Shown: positions 20,911 to 30,287 of the stretch, piece after piece
Numbering within the stretch: the first letter of the stretch is position 1
How the letters are laid out: each line of letters starts with the position of its first letter
IMG/VR virus record: IMGVR_UViG_2651869679_000001
Reading direction: 5' to 3' (one strand)
Origin: an uncultured virus (IMG/VR IMGVR_UViG_2651869679_000001)
Lineage: Duplodnaviria > Heunggongvirae > Uroviricota > Caudoviricetes
Length of the DNA: 64,000 bases
Program-made: the position numbers and the translations under genes
The notes under the pieces: model-generated
What the model was told of the DNA's origin: nothing
Seen by the model: only the letters and a program-made list of their open reading frames with translations
Databases searched by the model: none

Positions 20911-21347
20911 TTCTTTCACCTTCCTCAGTTAAATTTTATTTCTCTAAGGTTACGAATTTTTCTGGAAATATCTTTAACAATAGTTTAATCATTTATTTAG
21001 CCAACTTATTACATAACCTTAAATCATCCTAATTATGATAAATTATTGAATATAGCTCACCCCCTATGTTTACTATACAACCTTTAAGTTTTCTTGAAAT
21101 AAATAAGCATTAGATTTTATAAAAGACTTAATTTATAACTTTACTTCTGAGAAGTTATAATCATTAAAATTTATTTTGCAAATCTAATGCATTATTTAAG
21201 GGTAATAAAATTTTTAGTCCAAATTATTTAGTTTTTTAACTTATTCTTAAAAGCTGTAGATTTTAATTTGGTTTCATAATATTTACTTATTTTTCAAATG
21301 AATACTTTGCAGTTGTCTTATACAATAAAACCTCTGCTATTTTTATA

Positions 21348-21407
21348 ATACTATTATATTTCATTTAAATACTTTATTTATCCCAACTTTGTCCCATTGT
21401 TGTCCCA
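21348..21407 (-). promoter_or_regulatory. Late promoter with activator-binding direct repeats
   Basis: Minus strand TGGGACA/TGGGACA/TGGGATA at about 11-bp period just after the activator stop, followed by TATAAT. Confidence 0.6.
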
Positions 21408-21415
21408 AAATATTT

Positions 21416-21937
21416 TTATATTATAAGGTTATTCAATTGTGCTATACGTTCTACTAATTCATTCTTTTTTCTATAAGCTGTACTCCTTGCTCTTCCAAAC
21501 ATTTCTACAGCTATCCAATCTACACTTTTATTTTCTCCATACTTAAACTCTATAAATTTTTTATTCTCTCCATTTAATGATGAAAGATTATCTTCCATTA
21601 CGGATATTTCTTCCTCTATTTCTCTTATCTTATATTCTACTTTTCCTTTTTTCTTAATCTTTTCTCCTAGCTCTATTTCTAATCTTTCTATTTGCCTTAC
21701 TAGCTCCCTCTCCGCATAGCTTGTTCCATTACTAGAGGTTTGTACTATTTCATCATATGTTCTACTTCTAGGTTCTTCTTCTAATGTTACATTATTATTT
21801 TTAATTTTATCCATTATAATTTCTATTCTATTAGAAAGATGCTTGACTCTATTTTTTAGTTTATCTAATTCTTTTTTACTTCTAAAATACCTATATAATC
21901 TTTCTTCTGTTTTTATATATAATTTTTTATCTAACAT
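21416..21937 (-). CDS. Late transcriptional activator (ArpU/RinA-like)
   Basis: C-terminal sigma-R4-like HTH (FIEFKYGE..SVDWIA...ARSTAYR); located before the late operon. Confidence 0.7.
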   Translation of the reverse strand: MLDKKLYIKTEERLYRYFRSKKELDKLKNRVKHLSNRIEIIMDKIKNNNVTLEEEPRSRTYDEIVQTSSNGTSYAERELVRQIERLEIELGEKIKKKGKVEYKIREIEEEISVMEDNLSSLNGENKKFIEFKYGENKSVDWIAVEMFGRARSTAYRKKNELVERIAQLNNLII

Positions 21938-22052
21938 ATCTAGCCTCCTATAATAATTCTTTATTATTATATTTCCCATAACTATAATGCTACTTTTTCA
22001 TATCTTTAAAGATTTTTAGAAATACCTTTTCATTTAGACTTTATATACTTTG

Positions 22053-22373
22053 TTACACTTCTTTATTATTTTTGTTTAGCTCATATATCATTATTTCTTT
22101 TCTCATAATATCTAAAGCTTTTTGCAAGTCTTTTATTGTAAAATAATGATTAACCACTTCATCCGTCCATCTATTTTTTCCAACACCTAAAATTTCTAAT
22201 TTCTCTTGATATTTGTCTAATAAATTCATATTTTCCTTTAATAATTCCTCATAATCTATGCTTTTCTTTACATACTCTTTTAATAAAATTTTCAGTACTT
22301 TATTTTCTTCTTTAAATGACTCTATCTCCTCAAAAACTTTACTTTCTATTTCTTTAACTAATACAGTTGACAT
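22053..22373 (-). CDS. Hypothetical coiled-coil protein
   Basis: 106-aa ORF with GGAGG RBS. Confidence 0.6.
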   Translation of the reverse strand: MSTVLVKEIESKVFEEIESFKEENKVLKILLKEYVKKSIDYEELLKENMNLLDKYQEKLEILGVGKNRWTDEVVNHYFTIKDLQKALDIMRKEIMIYELNKNNKEV

Positions 22374-22429
22374 CTTATCCCTCCATCATACTTAATTTTC
22401 TATTATATTATTCAGGACAATCAATATTC

Positions 22430-23278
22430 TTACTTTAATAATTCTTTTAATATTTCTGTTTTCTCTTTAGCCTTTTCTTCTCTTATATTTTTACCATCAT
22501 TTAAAATAGGAGTGCACATTTCTAAAATTCTATAGTATGTCCTTTTTTCATATCTATTTTTAAGCTCCATAAGAGATAAATTTGTTGTAATTATAAGTGG
22601 TAATCCATTTCTATATCTACTATCTAAAATATTATAGATTTTAGTTCTAGTCCATTCTGTATCCTGTTCTGTCCCTAAATCATCTATTATCAATAGATCT
22701 GCATTATCTAATCCTCTTAATACATCTTCTTCTACTTCTTTCCCCCATTTTTTATATGTGTCTTTAATTCTATTTAATAAGCTATCTGCATTTACACATA
22801 TAACTGGTAACATTTTTTCTATAAGAAAATTTGCTATACATGCCACAGTATAGGTTTTACCATTTCCTGGGGAACCATATAATAAAAGTCCTACAGATTC
22901 TTTTTTCATGTTTTCAAATTTTTTAGTATATTTATTAGCTATTTTATACATTTTGTCATTACCTTTGGTAAAATCCCAATTTTGAAATTTACTATTTCTA
23001 AATTTTTCATCTATTAAACTATTTTTAATAATCCTTTTTAATCTTAATTGCTTTTCTTTATTTATTTCTTCTTTTTCTTTTGCTATTAGACCTTCCCTCT
23101 TACATTTGCACATTACAGGACCTTTTATACACCTATTTAACCCTGGAATATAAGTAATCTTTTCAATAGCTTCTCCACATATAGAACATATTTCAACTCT
23201 TTCATTTTTATCATCAATATTATAATCCAATTCCCTGCTTTTTAAGGTCTTCTCCAAAGCTTCTCCTACTTGTTTCAT
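22430..23278 (-). CDS. DnaC/IstB-like ATPase (helicase loader)
   Basis: CSICG..CKC Zn site, Walker A GSPGNGKT, Walker B LLIIDDLG, IITTN. Confidence 0.9.
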   Translation of the reverse strand: MKQVGEALEKTLKSRELDYNIDDKNERVEICSICGEAIEKITYIPGLNRCIKGPVMCKCKREGLIAKEKEEINKEKQLRLKRIIKNSLIDEKFRNSKFQNWDFTKGNDKMYKIANKYTKKFENMKKESVGLLLYGSPGNGKTYTVACIANFLIEKMLPVICVNADSLLNRIKDTYKKWGKEVEEDVLRGLDNADLLIIDDLGTEQDTEWTRTKIYNILDSRYRNGLPLIITTNLSLMELKNRYEKRTYYRILEMCTPILNDGKNIREEKAKEKTEILKELLK

Positions 23279-24125
23279 ATACCTCGCCTTCTCTCCATTT
23301 CTTACTTATCTCGTTTTTCTTTACATCCTGTGGTAATTTATATCCCTTATTTATCCAGCTTTCCAAAATTGACATTGTATATTTAAAGCCTTTTATTTTG
23401 CCCTGTTCCTGTTCTCTTTTTTTTGTAATATTTAATGCATATATTAATAAATCAGTATAATCTTCTTTAGCCATAACTTTTAATACTTGATTTAAATAAG
23501 TAGCACTTATTTGCCTATAAAAAGTATTAAAATATGCTTCATTGATTTTATCTAAATTTTTTCTTATATCACTCTTTCTATCTTCTTTTATATCTATATC
23601 TTCTATATCTATATCTTCTATATCTATATCTTCTATATCTATATCTCTGCCGTTACTTAGCGTTTCATGTAACATTACACTTTTTTTATTTTCATTACTT
23701 TTGAAACTTCCCCCTTTAGCTTCTTCCAATAGTTCTTTTTTCTTAGCTCTATGTTTAGCTACCCTTTGTCTTGTTTGTTGTCTAACTTTCTCCATACCTT
23801 CTATGTTTTGATGTTTGGACCAGTTAGTTATTTTTATTAATTTATTTTCTTGTATTTGTATCATGCCAAACTCTCTAAGTACTTTTAATGCGAATCTTAA
23901 ACTATTTAATGGTCTATTAAAAATTGTGCTTAACATTTCTTCTGTATATGGAACATCATCATTTAGAAAAATATATCCATTTGCATTTGTTTTACCTGCT
24001 TGAACTAAAAGCCTTATCCAAATATAATGAACAGTATCTCTTTCTGGCATAGCATCTATTAATTTTATTTTTTCGTCATCAAACATATTAGTTGTTATCT
24101 TTATCCACTTAACTTCTGCCAACAT
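23220..24125 (-). CDS. Phage replisome organiser / replication initiator
   Basis: VKWIKITTNMFDDEKI N-terminal domain, C-terminal DnaD-like (Y..SILESW). Confidence 0.88.
   Translation of the reverse strand: MLAEVKWIKITTNMFDDEKIKLIDAMPERDTVHYIWIRLLVQAGKTNANGYIFLNDDVPYTEEMLSTIFNRPLNSLRFALKVLREFGMIQIQENKLIKITNWSKHQNIEGMEKVRQQTRQRVAKHRAKKKELLEEAKGGSFKSNENKKSVMLHETLSNGRDIDIEDIDIEDIDIEDIDIKEDRKSDIRKNLDKINEAYFNTFYRQISATYLNQVLKVMAKEDYTDLLIYALNITKKREQEQGKIKGFKYTMSILESWINKGYKLPQDVKKNEISKKWREGEVYETSRRSFGEDLKKQGIGL
23589..23646. repeat. 15-bp tandem repeat, about 4 copies (probable origin iterons inside rep gene)
   Basis: TATATCTATATCTTC repeated; encodes DIDIE x4. Confidence 0.75.
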
Positions 24126-24239
24126 ATCACCACTTTCTTTTTTATCCATAGTATACAAAATAAAATATTTCCATATATAAATTAAACCGTAATTTATATA
24201 GTTTTTTATACTTGTCCAATAATTATTTATTTACTATGT

Positions 24240-24452
24240 TTACCACCACTTCCATAATTCTTGATCAATTAATTCATTTGGTGTAATTTTTAATGTTTTG
24301 CATAGATTACAAATAACCTTTAGCCCTGGATTTTCATATTTACCTTCTTCTAACTCTGTAATATAACTTCTAGCTATTTTACTTTTACAACTCAATTTTG
24401 AAATAGATAAGTTTCTCATGTTTCTATATTCTTTTGTTTTTATTACTGCCAC
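24240..24452 (-). CDS. XRE-family HTH protein
   Basis: LSISKLS..SKIARSYITELEEG..NP. Confidence 0.85.
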   Translation of the reverse strand: MAVIKTKEYRNMRNLSISKLSCKSKIARSYITELEEGKYENPGLKVICNLCKTLKITPNELIDQELWKWW

Positions 24453-24506
24453 TTGAGGACTCCTCCTTAGGATTTATTCCTCTCAATATTAAACTATAAA
24501 TTTTCA

Positions 24507-24856
24507 AGTATTCTTAAAGTTTACTATTTCTTTTAAAAAAAAGTTCATCTATAGTAGTATTAAAAAAATCCGATATAATTTTGGCCTCATTTAAAGTAAA
24601 AGGTTTTTTGCCATTTTCCTTAAAGTTATAAGTATTTAGAGCTACTCCTATTAGTCTTGCTATATCCTCTTGTTTTGCACCCTTTAAGCATCTATAAGCT
24701 TTTAGTTTTTTTGCTGTTACCATAAAGCTCACCCCCTTAATAGCTATTTTTAAGTAAACTATAAGAATACTATCTATATTTCTATTATAATCAACATTTA
24801 GAATACTTTCAACGATATTTTATTATTTTTTTCAAAAAATATTCTTATAGTTTACA
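24507..24856. promoter_or_regulatory. Repressor operator sites of the genetic switch
   Basis: AGTAAACTWTAAGAATACT-like 19-mers at 24507-24525 (reverse), 24753-24771, 24789-24807 (degenerate), 24838-24856 (reverse). Confidence 0.7.
24514..24732 (-). CDS. Cro-like XRE HTH regulator
   Basis: QEDIARLIGVALNTYNFKENG; divergent from repressor. Confidence 0.85.
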   Translation of the reverse strand: MSFMVTAKKLKAYRCLKGAKQEDIARLIGVALNTYNFKENGKKPFTLNEAKIISDFFNTTIDELFFKRNSKL

Positions 24857-24906
24857 TTAGTTTTAAAAAGTCAACATATGGTTTATAATATAGTATAAAT
24901 AAAGGG

Positions 24907-25326
24907 GTGAAAAAGTTGGCAGAAATAAAAGATAGGTTGAAATGTGAAAGATTAAGAAAAGATTTAAATCAAACTGAATTGGCAAAACTTCTAAATGTAT
25001 CAAAACAAACAGTTTCTAATTGGGAAAATGGTAACAGGATTCCCGATACTCTTACCTTATCTAAATTAGCTGACTTCTTTAATTGCTCCGTAGATTATAT
25101 TTTAGGAAGATCTGAAAATAGAAATGGTATAATTTCTAAAGCTAATATAGATGGAAATAATTATGAATTTGAATTAGATAAGAACATATTTCCAAATGGT
25201 ATAACCAGAGAACAAATGATAAATTATATTAAAGAGCTAGAGGAAAGAAATAAAGAGTTAGAAAAAGAAGCTGATTTATCTAGAAAATTAAAAGAAGCTG
25301 GCTTTAATTTCAATCCAAATAAATAA
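24907..25326 (+). CDS. CI-like XRE repressor without S24 autocleavage domain
   Basis: QTELAKLLNVSKQTVSNWENG..P; 139 aa only. Confidence 0.88.
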   Translation: MKKLAEIKDRLKCERLRKDLNQTELAKLLNVSKQTVSNWENGNRIPDTLTLSKLADFFNCSVDYILGRSENRNGIISKANIDGNNYEFELDKNIFPNGITREQMINYIKELEERNKELEKEADLSRKLKEAGFNFNPNK

Positions 25327-25513
25327 AATACATTAAAAATTAATTATCTGATATTAAAATGCAGATATGTAAAGCTAACAATCATATATGTTTGTTAGCT
25401 TTTTATTTTGTCTAAAAAAGTAAATACTTGTCCTTAAATTCTGTATACAGACAATTACATTTTCAAAATAAATATGTAATAATTTTCACATAAAGTAATT
25501 TAATTATAAAAAC

Positions 25514-25560
25514 TTGCAAATTTTATTAAAACATATTAAAATATACTTGAACACATGTTC
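25514..25560 (+). promoter_or_regulatory. SigA promoter with LexA (DinR/Cheo) box
   Basis: TTGCAA-17-TAAAAT, then GAAC-ACAT-GTTC at 25549-25560. Confidence 0.75.
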
Positions 25561-25584
25561 GATTTAGGAAAGGGGTCTTAATTT

Positions 25585-25734
25585 ATGTTTAATTTTAGTG
25601 GGGTATTAAGTATAAAAAAAGATGGGGAAATAATATATGAGAAAAAAGATACCTTTACACTGAATAAAGAAAAAACTTCTTATGAAAAATTCACTGAAGA
25701 TAAAATAAAATTAATGCAGGAAGTTAATGTATAA
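25585..25734 (+). CDS. 49-aa SOS-controlled small protein (candidate antirepressor)
   Basis: AGGAAAGGGG RBS; MFNFSGVLSIKKDGEIIYEKKDTF...; below ORF-track cutoff. Confidence 0.65.
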   Translation: MFNFSGVLSIKKDGEIIYEKKDTFTLNKEKTSYEKFTEDKIKLMQEVNV

Positions 25735-25982
25735 TGTAAAAATATATAACTATTATACTCATAGATTCAACAAAAACATTTTTCTATAAAACATTAATAA
25801 TTTCTAAACAGTTAATTGATATATTAAAATAGCATCCTAGGCATAACAATAGATCTATCTATAAGATTATAGTAAAAATTAGCAAAACCTATTAAATAAA
25901 TGTTATTTTATTTTGATAATTATACTAACATAAAACAAAAGACCTTGGGAAACTAATCCAAAGTCTTTAAACATGTTTATAT

Positions 25983-26042
25983 TGGTGCCGAAGGCGGGAG
26001 TCGAACCCGCACGAAGTTACCCTCGACGGATTTTGAATCCGT
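25983..26042 (-). pseudogene. 3' fragment of tRNA-Leu(CAA); prophage attachment-site core
   Basis: Minus strand ACGGA-TTCAAAA-TCCGT anticodon arm, variable arm, GGTTCGACTCC T-arm, CCA end; D-arm and 5' acceptor strand absent. Confidence 0.88.
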
Positions 26043-26166
26043 TATTCCTTATTTTAATTACTATTAGTAAAGATTAGCAATTCCCTATAATTTAGTAAAA
26101 TCAACAGGTACATGCAATAACATATATTAATATAGTTTAATAAGTTTTTTTAATTTTAATACTCCC

Positions 26167-26205
26167 ACTGACATTCTACTGACATCTTACTGACATTTTG
26201 CTGAC
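26167..26205. repeat. Integrase arm-type sites: ACTGACAT, three copies plus one partial, 11-bp period
   Basis: Copies at 26167, 26178, 26189, partial at 26200, about 125 bp inside the att core. Confidence 0.65.
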
Positions 26206-26269
26206 CGGTAAATTAATATAATTAAGATTCCTATATTAATATAGATTTCCAATTAACAACTAAGGAGCC

Positions 26270-26482
26270 TTAATTGGCTCCTCTTAGAATTTTTGATATT
26301 ATAAACATTACTATAATCACTATTGTTACTATGCTCCCTTTCTTAAGAATTTCTCTATCACCATCTTTAAAGTACGATATAATTCCTAATATACATACAA
26401 TAATACCTATTAATATAAAAAACTTAAGGAAATTAAACCCTATTCTATCTATACTATTATTAAATTTATCTATAGCATCCAC
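26270..26482 (-). CDS. Small two-TM membrane protein (pilin/VirB2-like topology)
   Basis: 70 aa, two hydrophobic helices with short charged loop. Confidence 0.6.
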   Translation of the reverse strand: MDAIDKFNNSIDRIGFNFLKFFILIGIIVCILGIISYFKDGDREILKKGSIVTIVIIVMFIISKILRGAN

Positions 26483-26503
26483 TAATCAGACTCCTTTCAA
26501 TAT

Positions 26504-27133
26504 TTATATATAATACTTATTACTTTTTTTGGTATTATATGAATAATTCCACTTCTTAACTTTTTCATAATCTAGCAATTGAAAATTACTTAGTTTATTT
26601 TTAATAATCTTTTCTATATTGGAACTTACTACTACAATTGCAGGAAAATTATCAAATAAATTTCTATATTGTTTACTCTTATAATATAATTCTATTTTCT
26701 TAAGCTGCTCTTCTAAATGTTCATTATCTATTATTACAAATATCCAAGTATTAGTTTTTAAAAGTATATCTATTTTTAAAATATACTTCCTGTTTCCATA
26801 ACTAAAATAATATTTATTATCAAACTTAATAAATGGATCTAATCTCTTTTCATAAAAATAAAAGTCTGCTAATGCTAATAATTTTTGTGGACTAGCATTA
26901 ATCTTTATTGGCTTATAGCCTAAAATTTTATACCCTTCTTTATCTAAAGTAAAAACATTTTCTTTGTTAGGAAGCTTATATAAAATTTTAATATAATTAT
27001 TATCTTTTAGAAGTTTTAGACGTACATAACAATATTTTTGTGAATTATATAATCTACATATTCTTTTAGTATTTAGTATTTTTACGAAATATAAATCTTT
27101 TAGAAAATTCCAATCCCGCTCCGACAAAATCAA
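26504..27133 (-). CDS. Replication-relaxation (Replic_Relax)-family protein
   Basis: LSERD..FL.DL...L....I, RLKLL....YI, FTL..EG wHTH N-terminus typical of the family. Confidence 0.65.
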   Translation of the reverse strand: MILSERDWNFLKDLYFVKILNTKRICRLYNSQKYCYVRLKLLKDNNYIKILYKLPNKENVFTLDKEGYKILGYKPIKINASPQKLLALADFYFYEKRLDPFIKFDNKYYFSYGNRKYILKIDILLKTNTWIFVIIDNEHLEEQLKKIELYYKSKQYRNLFDNFPAIVVVSSNIEKIIKNKLSNFQLLDYEKVKKWNYSYNTKKSNKYYI

Positions 27134-27246
27134 AATACATCACCCACCCTTTTTAACTATATATAATATATATAAGGGTTTATCATTTTATAATCTTATG
27201 CAAAACATTTATTTTAAGCCATTTATAAGCTCTTTCATATATTTTA

Positions 27247-27300
27247 ATTTCTATACTTATTCTATGTGTATTCTATAGGTTATTCTATCACTTATTCTAC
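27247..27300. repeat. Five TATTCTA-type direct repeats, 11-12-bp period
   Basis: TTCTA cores at 27249, 27260, 27271, 27283, 27295 between ATPase and relaxase-like genes. Confidence 0.65.
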
Positions 27301-27313
27301 AGGTTAATTAATT

Positions 27314-29716
27314 TTAAATAATAGCCTTTTGTTGAACATTTTCTTCTTTTTCTTTATCATCATTCATATTATTTATAAATTCTTCTTCAAAGTGCATAGA
27401 CTTTTTAAATATTTTATCCTGGACCTTTTCTGCAGATCTACCAAAAATATTTTCCTTTTTATATGTTCTTTTATGTGGTAAAGGCTTTAGCATATCCGTC
27501 ATAACACAAATTTTTTCTTCTTTATATCTCATATTAACAATAGCATGCCTCCATTTAGTTGCTATCATTTCTTCTAATGTAAATGGTTGAAGTTCTTCCA
27601 ATAATTCTTTATATGTTTCTTTAGAAGTTTGATATATAAAATAATTGGTGCCTGCACTCTTAAGTAACGTTTTCATATTTTTAAAATCTCCAAACTCATG
27701 TGCTAATATAAATATGCCAAACCTCCATTTCCTCATTTCTCTTATAATTGAGTGCAGCTCTGTAAGTACTGTAGGAAATTGATGAGGTTCATCTAAAATT
27801 AGAATGCAAGGCTTTCTTTGCTCTTTAGGCATATTACTTCTAGTTAATATAGAAAGCCATAATTTACTTACTATATAAGTAACTAATAAGTCTGTGGTGT
27901 CATCTAATAAAGTATCTTTAGGAATTCTTATGCCTACAAAGTAACTTTCATCTGCCCATTTCCTAAAGTCTATATCTAAATTAGCTTCTTGTAATAAACA
28001 GTTAGCTGCAAACTCATTATCTAATAAAGATTCTAACCTATCCATTATTCCAGATACATAGTTTTGTTTTGTACCGGTTTCATTTCCATCATCATTTAAT
28101 TGTTCTAAGGTCCATTTTAATCTACCATTAATATTATTAGTTACAATTAAATTATCTCTATATTCCCTATCAGTAAGACAGAGAATAACATCATATAGAT
28201 TAGCAGTCGGATTTTTAAATACAGCTTTGGCAGCAGCACCTAGAAACCTTTCCATTCTACTACTTAATTTTTGATTATCACTTTTGGCCAATTTATTAAG
28301 AAAGTTTTTAAGTTGAGAGGCTAACTTGGTTTCTACATTTTTATCTCCATTAGCACACTCACTCCATGTTAAGGATATAGGATTATCTATATCTCCGAAA
28401 TCTAAATCTATAATTTTATTAAAATCTCTTGGTAAGCCTTTCTCTATGTTATTTATTAAGTCACCATCTGCTACATCTATAGCAAATACACTAATTCCAT
28501 TTTGAAGTAGCTGTATTGCAGTATTTTGTCCGCAAGTAGTTTTACCGCTTCCCATCTTACCTATAGAAATCCAACATTGGCATAATGAGTCTAAATCATC
28601 CAATGGAAAGAATAATGGTATTTTATTACCTTTATATTTAGTATGACCTATTTGCAATCCTTTTGATGTAAAAGCATGTGGTATATTAATTTCTCTAGTA
28701 TCTATGTTCTTAATTTTATACTCCTGTTGGTAATGCTTTGTAGGTAATTGCATAAGTTGTGCTAATTCTTTAGTGCTTAATGCATCCATATTTATTTTAT
28801 CTATAGCTTTTCTTTCTTTTATTGCTTCTATAAGCTCCCTTTGCTTTAATTTTCTAGTAACTAATTTATTATCTCCTTCTAGTAAATTAAAACCTCTCTT
28901 AAATAATTTTAATAGCAATTCACTTCTTTCACTATTAGTAGCTATTCTTATAGATGTATCATAATAAACAGAAGAAGTTTTATCTTTAGTTTGTTGAGAT
29001 AATCCATTTCTAACGAGAACATTGTTATCTAATTCATCTAAATCAATTCTTTCAAATTCTTCATTTGTAAAAAATAAACTAGCTAAATCCATAACTTCAG
29101 CAACACATCCATATGCTAATTTAAATCCGCTTTTTATTATCTTTTCTTTATCTAATTTGTATTTACTTTTAATCTTTTTTTCATTATTGAATTCCTTAAT
29201 AGCTTCTTCAAAATCTAAATTTAAAGAAGGTTCTTCAGGTGCTAATATATATTGTATCAATACCTTTTCACCATCTTTTAAAATTTTAGAGGTTTCCAAT
29301 AGCGAGTTTAGAGGATATTCTGATCTCAAATCTGTTTTTAAACTTAAAAAACTATGTTGATCTAGTTCAAATTCCTCCGCGGCATTAACTTCTATCATAT
29401 GGTCCTCTTTTATAAAATTAAGTATTCCCTCTTTTTTATCTGTTTTATAAGAGTTTTTAAATTTAAATGTAGCTTTTGGGTAGCATACATTAAGTTCATT
29501 TTTTATTAATTCCTTAAGTTTGTCTGGGATTATATAATAAAAAGATATGTTTTCATTGGTAAATAGAATTTCATATGTGATTTTATCTTGATGTGATATT
29601 TTCTTTTCTTTAAAATTGATTCTGTTAAATAAATTTTTATATAAATGTATATTAGTAAGAAAACTTGATAGTTTAGAATTATTTATATTTACATCTGGAA
29701 TAACTTCAATAATCAT
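27314..29716 (-). CDS. VirB4/VirD4(TraG/TraD)-like conjugative-type P-loop ATPase
   Basis: Walker A GKMGSGKT, AIDVADGD, Walker B ILILDEPHQF, EMRKWR.G.F.LAH. Confidence 0.8.
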   Translation of the reverse strand: MIIEVIPDVNINNSKLSSFLTNIHLYKNLFNRINFKEKKISHQDKITYEILFTNENISFYYIIPDKLKELIKNELNVCYPKATFKFKNSYKTDKKEGILNFIKEDHMIEVNAAEEFELDQHSFLSLKTDLRSEYPLNSLLETSKILKDGEKVLIQYILAPEEPSLNLDFEEAIKEFNNEKKIKSKYKLDKEKIIKSGFKLAYGCVAEVMDLASLFFTNEEFERIDLDELDNNVLVRNGLSQQTKDKTSSVYYDTSIRIATNSERSELLLKLFKRGFNLLEGDNKLVTRKLKQRELIEAIKERKAIDKINMDALSTKELAQLMQLPTKHYQQEYKIKNIDTREINIPHAFTSKGLQIGHTKYKGNKIPLFFPLDDLDSLCQCWISIGKMGSGKTTCGQNTAIQLLQNGISVFAIDVADGDLINNIEKGLPRDFNKIIDLDFGDIDNPISLTWSECANGDKNVETKLASQLKNFLNKLAKSDNQKLSSRMERFLGAAAKAVFKNPTANLYDVILCLTDREYRDNLIVTNNINGRLKWTLEQLNDDGNETGTKQNYVSGIMDRLESLLDNEFAANCLLQEANLDIDFRKWADESYFVGIRIPKDTLLDDTTDLLVTYIVSKLWLSILTRSNMPKEQRKPCILILDEPHQFPTVLTELHSIIREMRKWRFGIFILAHEFGDFKNMKTLLKSAGTNYFIYQTSKETYKELLEELQPFTLEEMIATKWRHAIVNMRYKEEKICVMTDMLKPLPHKRTYKKENIFGRSAEKVQDKIFKKSMHFEEEFINNMNDDKEKEENVQQKAII

Positions 29717-30114
29717 CTTATTGCCTTCCCTACATCCATTAATATCTTCATTAATCCTGGGACAAATTGTAGTACTAAATATGCAACTGCAGTATCTTTT
29801 ATTATTCTTACTCCCATTCGTTTGTTAAACATCATAGTTATAGCTCCTCCTGACATGGATAAAACTGCCACTGGATAACCTAATGCTTGAATTAAATCCA
29901 ATAATGGATTTAATGCTCCTGCTATTTTATCAAAGCTTCCTGCACTAGCTGGTGTATTACATAATAAAGTTATAGTTATTGTAGTTGCTGTTGTTTCTAC
30001 TAATGTCTTAATCTTTTGTTGTTCTGTGGTAGTGCTATTCATTTTATAATTGAATATTGCTTCATCTAATTTATCTTGAAGCATAAGTCTTGGTTTAGAA
30101 AAGTTTATCACCAT
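29713..30114 (-). CDS. TrbC/VirB2 pilin-like membrane protein
   Basis: Signal-like segment ending ASA, then two hydrophobic helices (LIQALGYPVAV...; AVAYLVLQFVP). Confidence 0.6.
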   Translation of the reverse strand: MVINFSKPRLMLQDKLDEAIFNYKMNSTTTEQQKIKTLVETTATTITITLLCNTPASAGSFDKIAGALNPLLDLIQALGYPVAVLSMSGGAITMMFNKRMGVRIIKDTAVAYLVLQFVPGLMKILMDVGKAIR

Positions 30115-30212
30115 TACATATTCCCCCTAATCTCTTTAATTATTTTGGTCCACATCTTAACACTTGCATAAATTGCTATAAAGAAAAATATAATTTTAAA
30201 AATTTCTCTCAC
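30114..30212 (-). CDS. 32-aa membrane peptide coupled to pilin-like gene
   Basis: AGGAGG RBS, GTG start, MREIFKIIFFFIAIYASVKMWTKII...; TAATG overlap with next gene. Confidence 0.6.
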   Translation of the reverse strand: MREIFKIIFFFIAIYASVKMWTKIIKEIRGNM

Positions 30213-30287
30213 ATTTAAGCCCTCCTGAATAATGTTTTTAATTTAGGTAATAATAAAAATAAAATTTTAGTTTAGGAGTGAATTATT

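Larger units (their letters stand above)
1..25734 (-). mobile_element. Headless phage-tail-like element (F-type tailocin-like / defective prophage), continues past the left edge
   Basis: Regulatory switch, replication genes, activator, then connector/tail/TMP/tip/XhlA genes. No terminase, portal or capsid between activator (21416) and connector (20910). No integrase before the tRNA fragment. Confidence 0.85.

Noticed and set aside
23589..23646. Contingency/phase-variable repeat
   Set aside because: In-frame 15-bp unit inside a replisome organiser gene, where such iteron-like repeats are usual
25983..26070. Functional tRNA-Leu gene
   Set aside because: The 5' acceptor strand (GCCGAAG) and D-arm are absent; only the 3' 60 nt remain, consistent with an att duplication
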